Below are positions 40,496-49,880 of a stretch of 63,046 nucleotides of DNA, piece by piece. This stretch comes from Mucilaginibacter sp. (GTDB taxonomy: Bacteria > Bacteroidota > Bacteroidia > Sphingobacteriales > Sphingobacteriaceae). Position 1 is the stretch's first letter. Each line of letters starts with the position of its first letter. The stretch covers positions 1-63,046 of the forward strand of contig JAQBOY010000005.1 in assembly GCA_028287805.1 (NCBI GenBank), given 5' to 3'. The position numbers and the translations under genes are program-made. The notes beneath the pieces were generated by a model. That model was not told the origin of the DNA and made no database searches. It saw only the letters and a list, made by a program, of their open reading frames with translations.

Positions 40496-42397
40496 ATGAC
40501 ATTAAGTTTTCTTGATATAAGTATCATCCTTACCTACATTGTAGGCATTCTTTTTCTTGGTTTTTATATATCAAGTAAATCAACCAAAAACCTTCAGACG
40601 TACTTCCTTGGCGGAAATAAAATGAAGTGGTACTATCTGGGTTTGAGTAATGCCTCCGGGATGTTTGATACATCAGGCACCATGTGGACCGTAAGTATAC
40701 TCTTTATATATGGGTTAAAAAGTGCATGGATTCCATGGTTATGGCCAGTATGGAACCAGGTTTTCATCTTTGTATATCTAGCTATCTGGATGCGCAGATC
40801 GGGTGCTATGACGGGTGCCCAATGGATCACTTTTCGTTTCGGTGATGGCAAGGGTGCAAAGCTGTCGCACATCATCATTGTTATATTCGCGGTTATCAGC
40901 GTGGTAGGTTTTATCGCCTACTTTTTTGAAGGGATAGGAAAATACTGTACAGCAATTCTTCCCTGGGACCTATCCACTAATATCGCCGGCTGGCAATTGT
41001 CCTCCGAAAGGGCTTATGCTTTAATCATAGTCACTCTGACTACCATATATACGGTTAAAGGAGGTATGTATAGTGTGGTAGCAACAGAAATACTGCAATT
41101 TTTTATCATGACCATTTCCTGTTTCGCAATAGGATACATCGCCTATACTTCTATTACTGCAGAACAAATACAAGCAGCTGTTCCGCCGGGATGGAGCGAT
41201 ATGAGTTTCGGATGGAAACTAGATCTGGACTGGAGTAAAACCCAGGTGCCCAATGTAAATGGCAAGATTGTTTCAGATGGTTTTGGTTTCTTCGGGCTGT
41301 TGTTTATGATGATGTTGTTCAAAGGTATTTTTGCTTCTATTGCTGGCCCGGTGCCGAGTTATGATATGCAACGTGTTCTTTCTGCAAGAACACCATCCGA
41401 AGCTGCAAAGATGGCTTTCAGTACCATTTTTGTAATGTACATTCCCCGTTACCTGATGGTTGCTTCATTTGCGGTGCTGGGACTTGTTTACCTGGGCCCC
41501 CAGATGGGAAAGATGGGTAGTAATATTGATTTTGAAAAAGTTTTGCCTTTAACTATTAATCGTTTTATTCCCAGTGGTTTAAAAGGACTGGTGCTGGCCG
41601 GTTTTCTTTCAGCTTTTATGGGAACATTCTCCGCATTTGTAAATGCTGCTCCCGCCTATATTGTGAATGATATTTATAAAAAATACATTAACCCCCACGC
41701 TACCGACAGTAAATACATCCGCCTAAGCGTAATATCATCCATTCTGCTGGTTATTGTGGGCGTTATATTTGGTTTTAATGCCGCATCATTAACCAAGCTT
41801 ACTTTGTGGTTAACTTCTGCTTTATACGGAGGTTATGTGGCTTCCAATGTTTTGAAGTGGGTTTGGTGGCGCTTTACCGGCAACGGTTATTTCTGGGGTA
41901 TGCTCTTCGGGCTGATCGCCTCCACCACCAAACTATTTGTGTTCCCTGAAATTGTGGATATCTATATATTTCCAGTTATCCTGTTGTTCTCCCTTATCGG
42001 ATGCATTATTGGTACGTATATCGAACCATTAACCAACAGGGAAGTCGTAAAGGAGTTTTACCGCAAAACCAGACCCTGGGGTTTTTGGGGACCTATTAAG
42101 CGAGAGGTTATGCTCGAGGATCCATCATTTGTGCCCAATAAAGATTTTAACCGCGATATGTTTAATGTAGGGGTAGGCATAATCTGGCAAATGGCACAGG
42201 TAGTTATTCCTATTTATTTTATGATCCGGGAAAACACGAAGATGGTTATTTGGTGTGCAGTTCTGATTATTACCAGTGCGTTGCTTAAAAAATTCTGGTG
42301 GGATCGCTTAAAGGAAGCGGATGATGAAGCACCATCGGGGATGAATAAACCGATCCTGTTAGCTCCCGAAAAGATTGGAGCGGATTCATTGGTCTAA
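40496..42397 (+). CDS. Sodium:solute symporter (SSS)
   Basis: YFLGG, RFG, GG..SVV.T..LQF, GL.GL.LAG..SAFM.T; multi-TM. Confidence 0.92.
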   Translation: MTLSFLDISIILTYIVGILFLGFYISSKSTKNLQTYFLGGNKMKWYYLGLSNASGMFDTSGTMWTVSILFIYGLKSAWIPWLWPVWNQVFIFVYLAIWMRRSGAMTGAQWITFRFGDGKGAKLSHIIIVIFAVISVVGFIAYFFEGIGKYCTAILPWDLSTNIAGWQLSSERAYALIIVTLTTIYTVKGGMYSVVATEILQFFIMTISCFAIGYIAYTSITAEQIQAAVPPGWSDMSFGWKLDLDWSKTQVPNVNGKIVSDGFGFFGLLFMMMLFKGIFASIAGPVPSYDMQRVLSARTPSEAAKMAFSTIFVMYIPRYLMVASFAVLGLVYLGPQMGKMGSNIDFEKVLPLTINRFIPSGLKGLVLAGFLSAFMGTFSAFVNAAPAYIVNDIYKKYINPHATDSKYIRLSVISSILLVIVGVIFGFNAASLTKLTLWLTSALYGGYVASNVLKWVWWRFTGNGYFWGMLFGLIASTTKLFVFPEIVDIYIFPVILLFSLIGCIIGTYIEPLTNREVVKEFYRKTRPWGFWGPIKREVMLEDPSFVPNKDFNRDMFNVGVGIIWQMAQVVIPIYFMIRENTKMVIWCAVLIITSALLKKFWWDRLKEADDEAPSGMNKPILLAPEKIGADSLV

Positions 42398-42465
42398 AGG
42401 AATTCCCTAATAAATGATTTTGAATGTCCCTTTGTTGTAGCACTCAAGGGGATATGAAAGTCAGT

Positions 42466-42495
42466 CTCAATACGCAATACTCATTACTCAATACT
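42466..42495 (+). repeat. 4x 7-bp tandem repeat (CTCAATA-like)
   Basis: CTCAATA CGCAATA CTCATTA CTCAATA; degenerate counterpart at 52441-52470. Confidence 0.7.
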
Positions 42496-42504
42496 ATATT
42501 CCAA

Positions 42505-43179
42505 ATGAAAAAATTCTTCCTGATTTATTTGTCTTGCTTTTTTGTAACTATCGCAAGTGCACAAAGTGTAAAAATTGACAGCAGCTACAACAATTCTTAT
42601 TATCAACAAAGAATGGAACTCTTTGCGAATTTACCTTCACCAAAAAAATCAATTGTGTTTTTGGGAAATAGCATAACTGAAAGAGGAATGTGGAACGAGC
42701 TAATCCCCGGAAAGGTGATTATGAATAGAGGAATTGGGGGAGATAATACATTTGGTGTGTTAGCAAGGCTAGACCCGATAGTTAAAACCAAACCCCAAAA
42801 GGTATTTCTTTTAATCGGTATTAACGATTTAGGAAGAGGGTTGCCCGTAGAAGTAATTGCGGCGAATTATAAAAAGATCATACAGAAAGTCATAACAGGC
42901 TCTCCTAAAACCACTTTGTATATTCAAAGTGTATTACCCATGAATGATGATATACTTAAGGCCGCGTATCTTAAAAATAAGATGGCTTTAATAGTACAGC
43001 TGAATCAGGAAATTATAAAGCTTGCTGCAGCGTATAAATTGACTTACATCAACCTTCATGAAATATTCGACAATGGAAAAGGTCAACTAAAAGCGGAACT
43101 GACCATAGACGGAATTCACCTTAACCCGGCTGCCTATGTGTTGTGGGTTGATTACCTGGAGAAGAAAAAGTGTTTATGA
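42505..43179 (+). CDS. SGNH/GDSL esterase (O-acetylesterase-like)
   Basis: FLGNSIT, NRGIGGD, GIND, DGIH; signal peptide from ATG 42505. Confidence 0.92.
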   Translation: MKKFFLIYLSCFFVTIASAQSVKIDSSYNNSYYQQRMELFANLPSPKKSIVFLGNSITERGMWNELIPGKVIMNRGIGGDNTFGVLARLDPIVKTKPQKVFLLIGINDLGRGLPVEVIAANYKKIIQKVITGSPKTTLYIQSVLPMNDDILKAAYLKNKMALIVQLNQEIIKLAAAYKLTYINLHEIFDNGKGQLKAELTIDGIHLNPAAYVLWVDYLEKKKCL

Positions 43180-45089
43180 TCTTTAAAGGAAGCAAGCTGC
43201 TCATTTGCTGCCTATTAGTGTTAGCGGGACTTCCGGTAAGTGCGCAAGAAAGCAATCAAAGTCAACAGAGTCATCTTATTCCATTGCCGGTTTTAGTGCA
43301 GCCTGGTCTGGGGAAGTTCCAGATCACCTCAAAGACCAGCATTGTATTGTCTCCTGAAGATGCAGCTCATGCTGGAATTGCCGATTTTTTAGCTCAAAGG
43401 TTGAGACTGCCAACTGGTTTTGCAATACCAGTTCAGTATCGCAGAACCAAAAACCACGATATTAGGTTCAGCCTGAATAAAGTGCCACAACAGAATCTGG
43501 GAACCGAAGGTTATACATTGCAGGTAAGCCCTAAAGGAATCTTAATAAGTGCCAATCAGCCAAAGGGGTGGTTTTATGCCATGCAAACGCTCTCGCAATT
43601 ATTGCCTCCGCACGTTGAGAGTTCTGTTAAAATCAATACTATTTCCTGGTCTGTTCCATGTATTAAAATTGAAGATTGTCCCCGTTTTGAATGGCGTGGG
43701 CTGATGCTGGATGTGAGCCGACATTTTTTTTCGAAGGATTTTATAAAGGCTTACATAGATCAGATGGTAAAGTATAAGTTCAATACTTTACACCTGCATT
43801 TAACTGATGATCATGGCTGGCGTATGGAGATTAAAGGCTTACCTGAATTAACTAAAGTTGGAGCATGGAGAGTTCCCCGAGAAGGTTTCTGGAAAGATTT
43901 CGAAAAGCCACAAGCAGGCGAAGCCAATACTTACGGCGGATTTTATACGGCTAATGACATGAGGGAAATCATTGATTATGCTTCCCAGAGATTTTTAACC
44001 ATCGTTCCCGAAATTGATGTCCCTGCCCATAGCATGGCACTTATTGCTTCTTATCCTAATTTATCTTGTAAGCAATTGCAATATACGGTAAACCCAGGTT
44101 TGGCATGGTCGGCTGAACAGGAAAATGTTTTATGTGCTGGAAATGATTCTGTTTTCCTTTCATTGGATAAAATCTTTACAGAGATTGCCCTGATATTCCC
44201 AGGAAAATATATTCATATAGGCGGTGATGAAGCGGTTAAAACTTTCTGGGCAAGGTGCCCTAAATGCCAGCAGCGCATGAGGGATGAGCACCTCAGTAAC
44301 ACAGAGGAACTACAAAGTTATTTTATAAAGCGGGTAGCAAAGATTATAGAAAGCAAAGGAAAAAAGCTGATTGGTTGGGATGAAATCCTGGAAGGCGGAC
44401 TTGCAGCAGACGCTACGGTAATGAGTTGGAGAGGGATGGATGGCGGCCTTCAGGCAGCAAAAGCTGGACATAAAGTGATTATGAGCCCTTGGCAAAATGC
44501 CTATCTGGATCTGTATCAAAGTGATCCGGTTATGGAAAATAACATGGGTGCTGTATGCAGGCTAAGTAGTTGTTATCAGTTTGAGCCAGTGCCAGAGGGA
44601 ACAGACCCAAAGTATATTCTGGGTGCTCAGGGCATCTTGTGGACAGAGCATGTTCCGAATGAGCGGCAGGCGCAATATATGACTTGGCCGAGAGCCATGG
44701 CTTTGGCAGAAGTATTTTGGTCAGCAAAAACTCAACGTAACTGGAATGGTTTTATTAACAGGCTGGAATGGCACCTTCCGCGGTTGGATACAGCAAATGT
44801 GAAATACTCACGTGGCTTTTACGACCCGCTTATTACAGCGGTTAAAACAAATACAGGAGAGCTTAAAGTTAAACTAGCCACCGAAATAGAAGGGCTTGAT
44901 ATTTATTATACTTTTGATGATACGCATCCTGATAATTACTATCCTAGATATACTGGCCAATTATTAACTCTTCCAAAAGGCGCACACAGCATTCGGGTAA
45001 TTACCTATCGTGCTGGAAAACCCATGGGGCGTGAAATTAATCTGCCTTTAAAATATCTTGCTAATCGTGTGGAACGATCAGCGAACTAA
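43176..45089 (+). CDS. GH20 beta-N-acetylhexosaminidase
   Basis: WRGLMLDVSRHF, HLHLTDD.GWR, HIGGDE; ATGA overlap with upstream stop. Confidence 0.95.
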   Translation: MIFKGSKLLICCLLVLAGLPVSAQESNQSQQSHLIPLPVLVQPGLGKFQITSKTSIVLSPEDAAHAGIADFLAQRLRLPTGFAIPVQYRRTKNHDIRFSLNKVPQQNLGTEGYTLQVSPKGILISANQPKGWFYAMQTLSQLLPPHVESSVKINTISWSVPCIKIEDCPRFEWRGLMLDVSRHFFSKDFIKAYIDQMVKYKFNTLHLHLTDDHGWRMEIKGLPELTKVGAWRVPREGFWKDFEKPQAGEANTYGGFYTANDMREIIDYASQRFLTIVPEIDVPAHSMALIASYPNLSCKQLQYTVNPGLAWSAEQENVLCAGNDSVFLSLDKIFTEIALIFPGKYIHIGGDEAVKTFWARCPKCQQRMRDEHLSNTEELQSYFIKRVAKIIESKGKKLIGWDEILEGGLAADATVMSWRGMDGGLQAAKAGHKVIMSPWQNAYLDLYQSDPVMENNMGAVCRLSSCYQFEPVPEGTDPKYILGAQGILWTEHVPNERQAQYMTWPRAMALAEVFWSAKTQRNWNGFINRLEWHLPRLDTANVKYSRGFYDPLITAVKTNTGELKVKLATEIEGLDIYYTFDDTHPDNYYPRYTGQLLTLPKGAHSIRVITYRAGKPMGREINLPLKYLANRVERSAN

Positions 45090-45154
45090 GCTTTAATATT
45101 TTATATTCCGGGTCAATCGTTAGTAAGGCAGATTCGGGAACCAATTTATTCTAT

Positions 45155-46204
45155 ATGAAGAAGATCATTTTTTTTAGTTGCCTGTATCTTGCAGGACTGG
45201 CTAATCTTAAGGCACAACAAGCCCCTGCTAATCTGTTGTTGTTAAACAATTATACCTACACGTCCAAACACCGGTTGGTAGGCGAGATTCATTCTGCAAA
45301 CTCGGTTCAGGATAAATCCGGTTTTATTCTTAAAGGTCAAAACGCTAAGTTTTTCCATATCCGGAAAAACAATCAGCTTTTTATCCGGAAAAATGCAGCA
45401 TCTTCTGATGCTCAATGGTTTGATCTTACTGTCTCTTCCTTAACGGGAGAAAGCAGTTATTTTAGAATTGTTAATAATCGATTTATAAATAATAAGGTTA
45501 TAGCCCACCGCGGTTCCTGGAAAAACACTAAAAGTCCTGAAAATTCAATTGCTTCTCTACAACATGCTATACTGCAGGGCTGCGAAGGATCTGAATTTGA
45601 TGTTCACATGTCTGTTGATTCGGTTCTTTATATCAATCATGATCCCAAAATACAGGGCGTAGAAATTGAAACGGTAAGTTCTGATAACTTATCTAAAATA
45701 TTACTTTCAAATTCTGAGGTTCTTCCAACACTAAGAGCTTACCTGGAGGAAGGCTTGAAGCAGAATCGGACCAAGCTTATTCTTGAGATTAAATCATCCG
45801 TTATCAGTAAGGAAAGGTCATTGGCATTAACCGAAAAAGTGCTTCAATTGGTCAGAGAAATAAAGGCCCAAGCCTGGATAACCTATATCAGTTTTGATTA
45901 CGATATTTTAAAAAGGGTTTTAGAAGTAGATCCTTTTGCAAAAGTGGCCTACCTGGGCGGAGAAAAAAATCCCGCAAGTTTAGCAGCAGATAAGTTTTAT
46001 GGGCTGGATTATAACTACGCAATTTTTCAGAATAAAGTGAATTGGATAAAAGAGGCTCATGCAAATAACCTGACGGTAAATGCCTGGACTGTGAACGATC
46101 CGAAGATTATGGATTGGATGCTTGCAAATAAACTTGATTTTATTACCACCAATGAGCCGGAGCTGCTTCTTAAAAAGGTGGGCGAAAAGCTTGCGGATAA
46201 ATAA
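45155..46204 (+). CDS. GDPD family phosphodiesterase with N-terminal extension, secreted
   Basis: IAHRG...PENS, EFDV...HD, LEIK, WTVN, ITTN.P. Confidence 0.9.
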   Translation: MKKIIFFSCLYLAGLANLKAQQAPANLLLLNNYTYTSKHRLVGEIHSANSVQDKSGFILKGQNAKFFHIRKNNQLFIRKNAASSDAQWFDLTVSSLTGESSYFRIVNNRFINNKVIAHRGSWKNTKSPENSIASLQHAILQGCEGSEFDVHMSVDSVLYINHDPKIQGVEIETVSSDNLSKILLSNSEVLPTLRAYLEEGLKQNRTKLILEIKSSVISKERSLALTEKVLQLVREIKAQAWITYISFDYDILKRVLEVDPFAKVAYLGGEKNPASLAADKFYGLDYNYAIFQNKVNWIKEAHANNLTVNAWTVNDPKIMDWMLANKLDFITTNEPELLLKKVGEKLADK

Positions 46205-46333
46205 TTAACTCCTTTCTCATTTAACATGCAACGAATGCTCTGGTCAATTGCGATAGCAATATTTTAATTTATTTTAAAAAGTTTTATTATATTTTAATAT
46301 TTTTATATATTTAACCTGTATTGAAATAAACAC

Positions 46334-47533
46334 ATGAAAAACTCTGATAAAAATTCATTCCTTATATTGACAGTGCTATGCGTTATGGCTGTGTTTAGTT
46401 CTTCTCTTCATGCACAGGAATTGAATACTGAACAAACTAACCGCATTAAGAATGCTAAACAAGGGGGTATTTTATATTTAGACAACTTCTTATCTTCAAA
46501 TAAATTTACTGAGCTAAACTATAAAAAAGTAGTTCTGCCGGGTCCCCAATTTATTATATCAGATGATCCGGAATACATACGTGTTCCCGAAGCTATAGCA
46601 TTAAGAGAAGCCGTTCAGCCAGGAGCAGTAAGATTATATGTTTATAATGTGAATGGCGTTAAGGAACCTAATAAAATTGCACGTAAGATAACGGCTGTAA
46701 TTAAAAATACTGGTACAGGAATAATGCATTTACGGATGTTAAAATATGCTTCAGAAAAACCTAGTGGGAATTATTTTCAGATAGGAAAACAGGGGCTGGC
46801 AGATTATTTTGCATCGGTTCCTGAAAATATGACACGGAGTGTAAAGCCTGGAGAAGCAATTGCTATTGATGAAAAACTGGAAAAGAATAGTGTTAATTAT
46901 GACGAATTGGTACATGGATTTTATGAATTTGTGATTGACCAGCCCGGAGAAATTAGCGTAATTCAAACAGACCCTAAAACTCCCGGTCCGTTGGCTTTAA
47001 AGCGCATAAAAACAGTTCTTCCTACCAGCCATAATAATGCGGGGAGAGGTTTGTTTGGGGTTAGTAATTATCAGGTGATCACAGGAGGAGTTTTAGATAC
47101 TAAAAATGGGGTTACTGAAATAATAATGGCTGATGGGAAAAAAGACCCCTGGGTAAAAGGTGTGGAAGGTGGCAGCGGTGATCAGGCAGAACTGGCGGGT
47201 AACTACGGTGTAATGTATCATGTAAAAATGAAATGGAAAAGCTCTGATGGCAAAGGATTGGCTTTAGTAACGTGGAATTCTCGCTCCGGCGACAGCCAAT
47301 GGTGTGGTGGAATGGCAGCTACAATGGTGGTAAGTAAAGGTAAATTCGATCAAGGTATTATTAAACTGCCATCAGATCAGTTAGTAACAAAAGGAGCACA
47401 GGAAGCTATTCTAATCCAAGTATTTCCTCCATCTGCCGATGGGGCAGAGCAAACAATAGATTTTACATATTCCCCACCAGGAGCATCTTGTTTGCCAACC
47501 CCACTTGTTTTTATACCTGTTGATCTGAAATAG
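46334..47533 (+). CDS. Secreted conserved protein of unknown function (SDDPE and GNYGV motifs)
   Basis: 399-aa ORF with signal peptide; no catalytic family recognised. Confidence 0.75.
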   Translation: MKNSDKNSFLILTVLCVMAVFSSSLHAQELNTEQTNRIKNAKQGGILYLDNFLSSNKFTELNYKKVVLPGPQFIISDDPEYIRVPEAIALREAVQPGAVRLYVYNVNGVKEPNKIARKITAVIKNTGTGIMHLRMLKYASEKPSGNYFQIGKQGLADYFASVPENMTRSVKPGEAIAIDEKLEKNSVNYDELVHGFYEFVIDQPGEISVIQTDPKTPGPLALKRIKTVLPTSHNNAGRGLFGVSNYQVITGGVLDTKNGVTEIIMADGKKDPWVKGVEGGSGDQAELAGNYGVMYHVKMKWKSSDGKGLALVTWNSRSGDSQWCGGMAATMVVSKGKFDQGIIKLPSDQLVTKGAQEAILIQVFPPSADGAEQTIDFTYSPPGASCLPTPLVFIPVDLK

Positions 47534-47581
47534 AAAACATTTAGAATTATGATTTCACGTTAAGGCTTCAGGGTATATGTT

Positions 47582-48322
47582 ATGGAAAAGTATTTTAAAG
47601 CAAAAAGGATATATGAAATAAATATAATGGGGATAAATAAGACTTTACTTTTCTGTTTATTATGGATGTTTCCATTTATTATCAAGGGTCAGTCGCTAAA
47701 ACATGAAGCGGCGGTTGATTCTAATTATCATAACTATCTTTATGATAATCGTTTGGCTTATTTTAACGGTTTGCCTGCTGCAAAGGGCGGAATAGTTTTC
47801 CTTGGCAATAGTATAACACATTGGGGAGATTGGGCAGAGCTGTTTAAAAATGCTAAAGTAAGGAACCGTGGTATTGCTGGCGATATCAGTTTTGGTGTGC
47901 TGGCAAGGTTAGATGAAATAACGGTATCAAATCCTGAAAAAATATTTATAATGATTGGAGTAAATGATATAGGTCGAAAGATCCCGACATCTTATACTAT
48001 CAGAAATTATGAGAAAATCTTACTTCAGTTAAAAAACCGAAGCAAAAGAACCCGCATTTTTATGCAAAGTATTCTGCCTATTAATGATAGCCTGATTAAC
48101 AGAAAGTATTATACAGGGACGAACACAGAAATAAGAAACCTGAATGAGGAGTTGAAGAAACTTGCTTTAAAACATACTATTACTTATATCGAATTGCACA
48201 GTCTTTTTACAGATGCTTCGGGTCAAATGTTGGCAAAATATACGTATGACGGAATTCACCTAACCGCTGAAGGTTATCTGTTATGGATAAATTACCTGAA
48301 GAAAAAGAGGTATTGTAATTAG
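47582..48322 (+). CDS. SGNH/GDSL esterase
   Basis: FLGNSIT, NRGIAGD, GVND, DGIH. Confidence 0.92.
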   Translation: MEKYFKAKRIYEINIMGINKTLLFCLLWMFPFIIKGQSLKHEAAVDSNYHNYLYDNRLAYFNGLPAAKGGIVFLGNSITHWGDWAELFKNAKVRNRGIAGDISFGVLARLDEITVSNPEKIFIMIGVNDIGRKIPTSYTIRNYEKILLQLKNRSKRTRIFMQSILPINDSLINRKYYTGTNTEIRNLNEELKKLALKHTITYIELHSLFTDASGQMLAKYTYDGIHLTAEGYLLWINYLKKKRYCN

Positions 48323-48364
48323 ATATAGGATTAATGTTTTTATGCTAAATGAACAAAGTTAATA

Positions 48365-49579
48365 CTAATTCAGAGCTAACAAACGATTTCTAACCAACAA
48401 GCAAGCTCCATTTACTCCTGCCTTCCCTCCCAACTTTGAGATCATTAATTGAGTATCTGTATTTACAAGACTTAATGAGTATTTATTAACTGCGCTTTTG
48501 ATGGGAAGCCGAAGATATTCTCCTGTTGAAGCCAGCCTTCCGCCAAGTATCACCAGTTCTGGGTTGAATATGTTAATCAGCAAAGCTATTCCTCTGCCCA
48601 GATTTTCACCTATTTCTGCTATCAATTCTATTGCTAAAGTATCATCATTGTTAGCAGCTTCTATAATATCTTCAAGCTCTATTTCCTCAACATCACGTGT
48701 GATAACCGTTGAAGAGCCAGCTTTTAGCTTTTCTTTAAACATTCTGACAAGTGCCCAGCCAGACGCTTCTGTTTCCAGGCAACCCTTTTTACCACAGTGA
48801 CAGATGATTTCATTTTTGAATATCGGGATATGTCCAAATTCTCCGGCAAAACCTGATTTTCCGTAATATAATTGGCTGTTTATCATAATTCCCATTCCTA
48901 ATCCATAGTCAAGGTTCAGAAAAAGAACGTTTTTTTCGTCTTTTACAATGCCAGAAGAAAATTCTCCGAATGCCATCGCTCTTGAATCATTTTCCAGAAA
49001 TACCTTTATCCCAAGATGTGATTCTAGTACTTTGCTGAGAGGTTCTTCATGAAAGTGAAAAAAGCTATAGCTATAGCCAGTTGCATAATTAATCCGGCCT
49101 GATAGGTTTATGCCTATTCCCAGAATCTTATCTTTTGGGGCATTAAATTCATTAATGAAATTTGATATTAAAGAACATAAATCTTCTAGGGACTCCTGGT
49201 TATTATTGAGTTTATAAGGTTGATTTTCAATACTACGGACCATTCTTTTTTGGAGGTCGATTATACCTATATTTATGTGGTTTTGCTTAACATCTACACC
49301 AACAAAGAATGCAGATTCTGGTATTAATCCATATAAGTTTGGCCTTCTGCCACCTGTTGAGTCTATCTTCCCAAAATCTTTAACTAAGCCATCTGCAATA
49401 AGATCGCTTAACAAGTTAGCTACTTTGGGAGCACTTAAATTCAATTCCTTGCAAAGGTCAGCTACAGTAGAGTTTCCTGTATTTGCTAAAAAAGAGATGA
49501 TATTTTTTTTTATATTGATATTCTTGTAAGCAACACCTGTAATATTATCCCCAAGTTCTTCAAAAAAAGTTTTCTTCAT
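48365..49579 (-). CDS. ROK family transcriptional regulator (HTH + ROK)
   Basis: N-terminal HTH, GGRRP, ENDSRA, GEFGH, CHCGKKGCLE. Confidence 0.93.
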   Translation of the reverse strand: MKKTFFEELGDNITGVAYKNINIKKNIISFLANTGNSTVADLCKELNLSAPKVANLLSDLIADGLVKDFGKIDSTGGRRPNLYGLIPESAFFVGVDVKQNHINIGIIDLQKRMVRSIENQPYKLNNNQESLEDLCSLISNFINEFNAPKDKILGIGINLSGRINYATGYSYSFFHFHEEPLSKVLESHLGIKVFLENDSRAMAFGEFSSGIVKDEKNVLFLNLDYGLGMGIMINSQLYYGKSGFAGEFGHIPIFKNEIICHCGKKGCLETEASGWALVRMFKEKLKAGSSTVITRDVEEIELEDIIEAANNDDTLAIELIAEIGENLGRGIALLINIFNPELVILGGRLASTGEYLRLPIKSAVNKYSLSLVNTDTQLMISKLGGKAGVNGACLLVRNRLLALN

Positions 49580-49621
49580 TTTGGTTATTTTGATACAAAA
49601 AAGATAAAAGTCTGCTTTTAT

Positions 49622-49840
49622 CTTTTTAATAAAAATTAATAAAAAGTGAATGCAAAGTTAACCTAAAAAAATTTGTTGAATTCTCCTTTTTTATTCATAT
49701 CAAGAAAAAATATTCCAACGTAATGATAATTAATACTTTGATTATAATATCATAGATTAATAAGGGAAGTAAGCTATACGTTATAATTGTTACAAACACT
49801 GTTTTTTATCCAATAAACTTTTTAATAAATTTATTAAACT
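49622..49840. promoter_or_regulatory. Candidate ROK operators (TTTTTAATAAA.(A/T)T.A(A/T)(T/A)AAA-like) at 49622-49646 and 49817-49840
   Basis: Near-palindromic motif also seen at ~28563, ~29490 and ~46280; AT-rich so chance cannot be excluded. Confidence 0.4.
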
Positions 49841-49880
49841 ATTCTTACTTGATTAAATATTTATTTATCTTCGCAGTATT

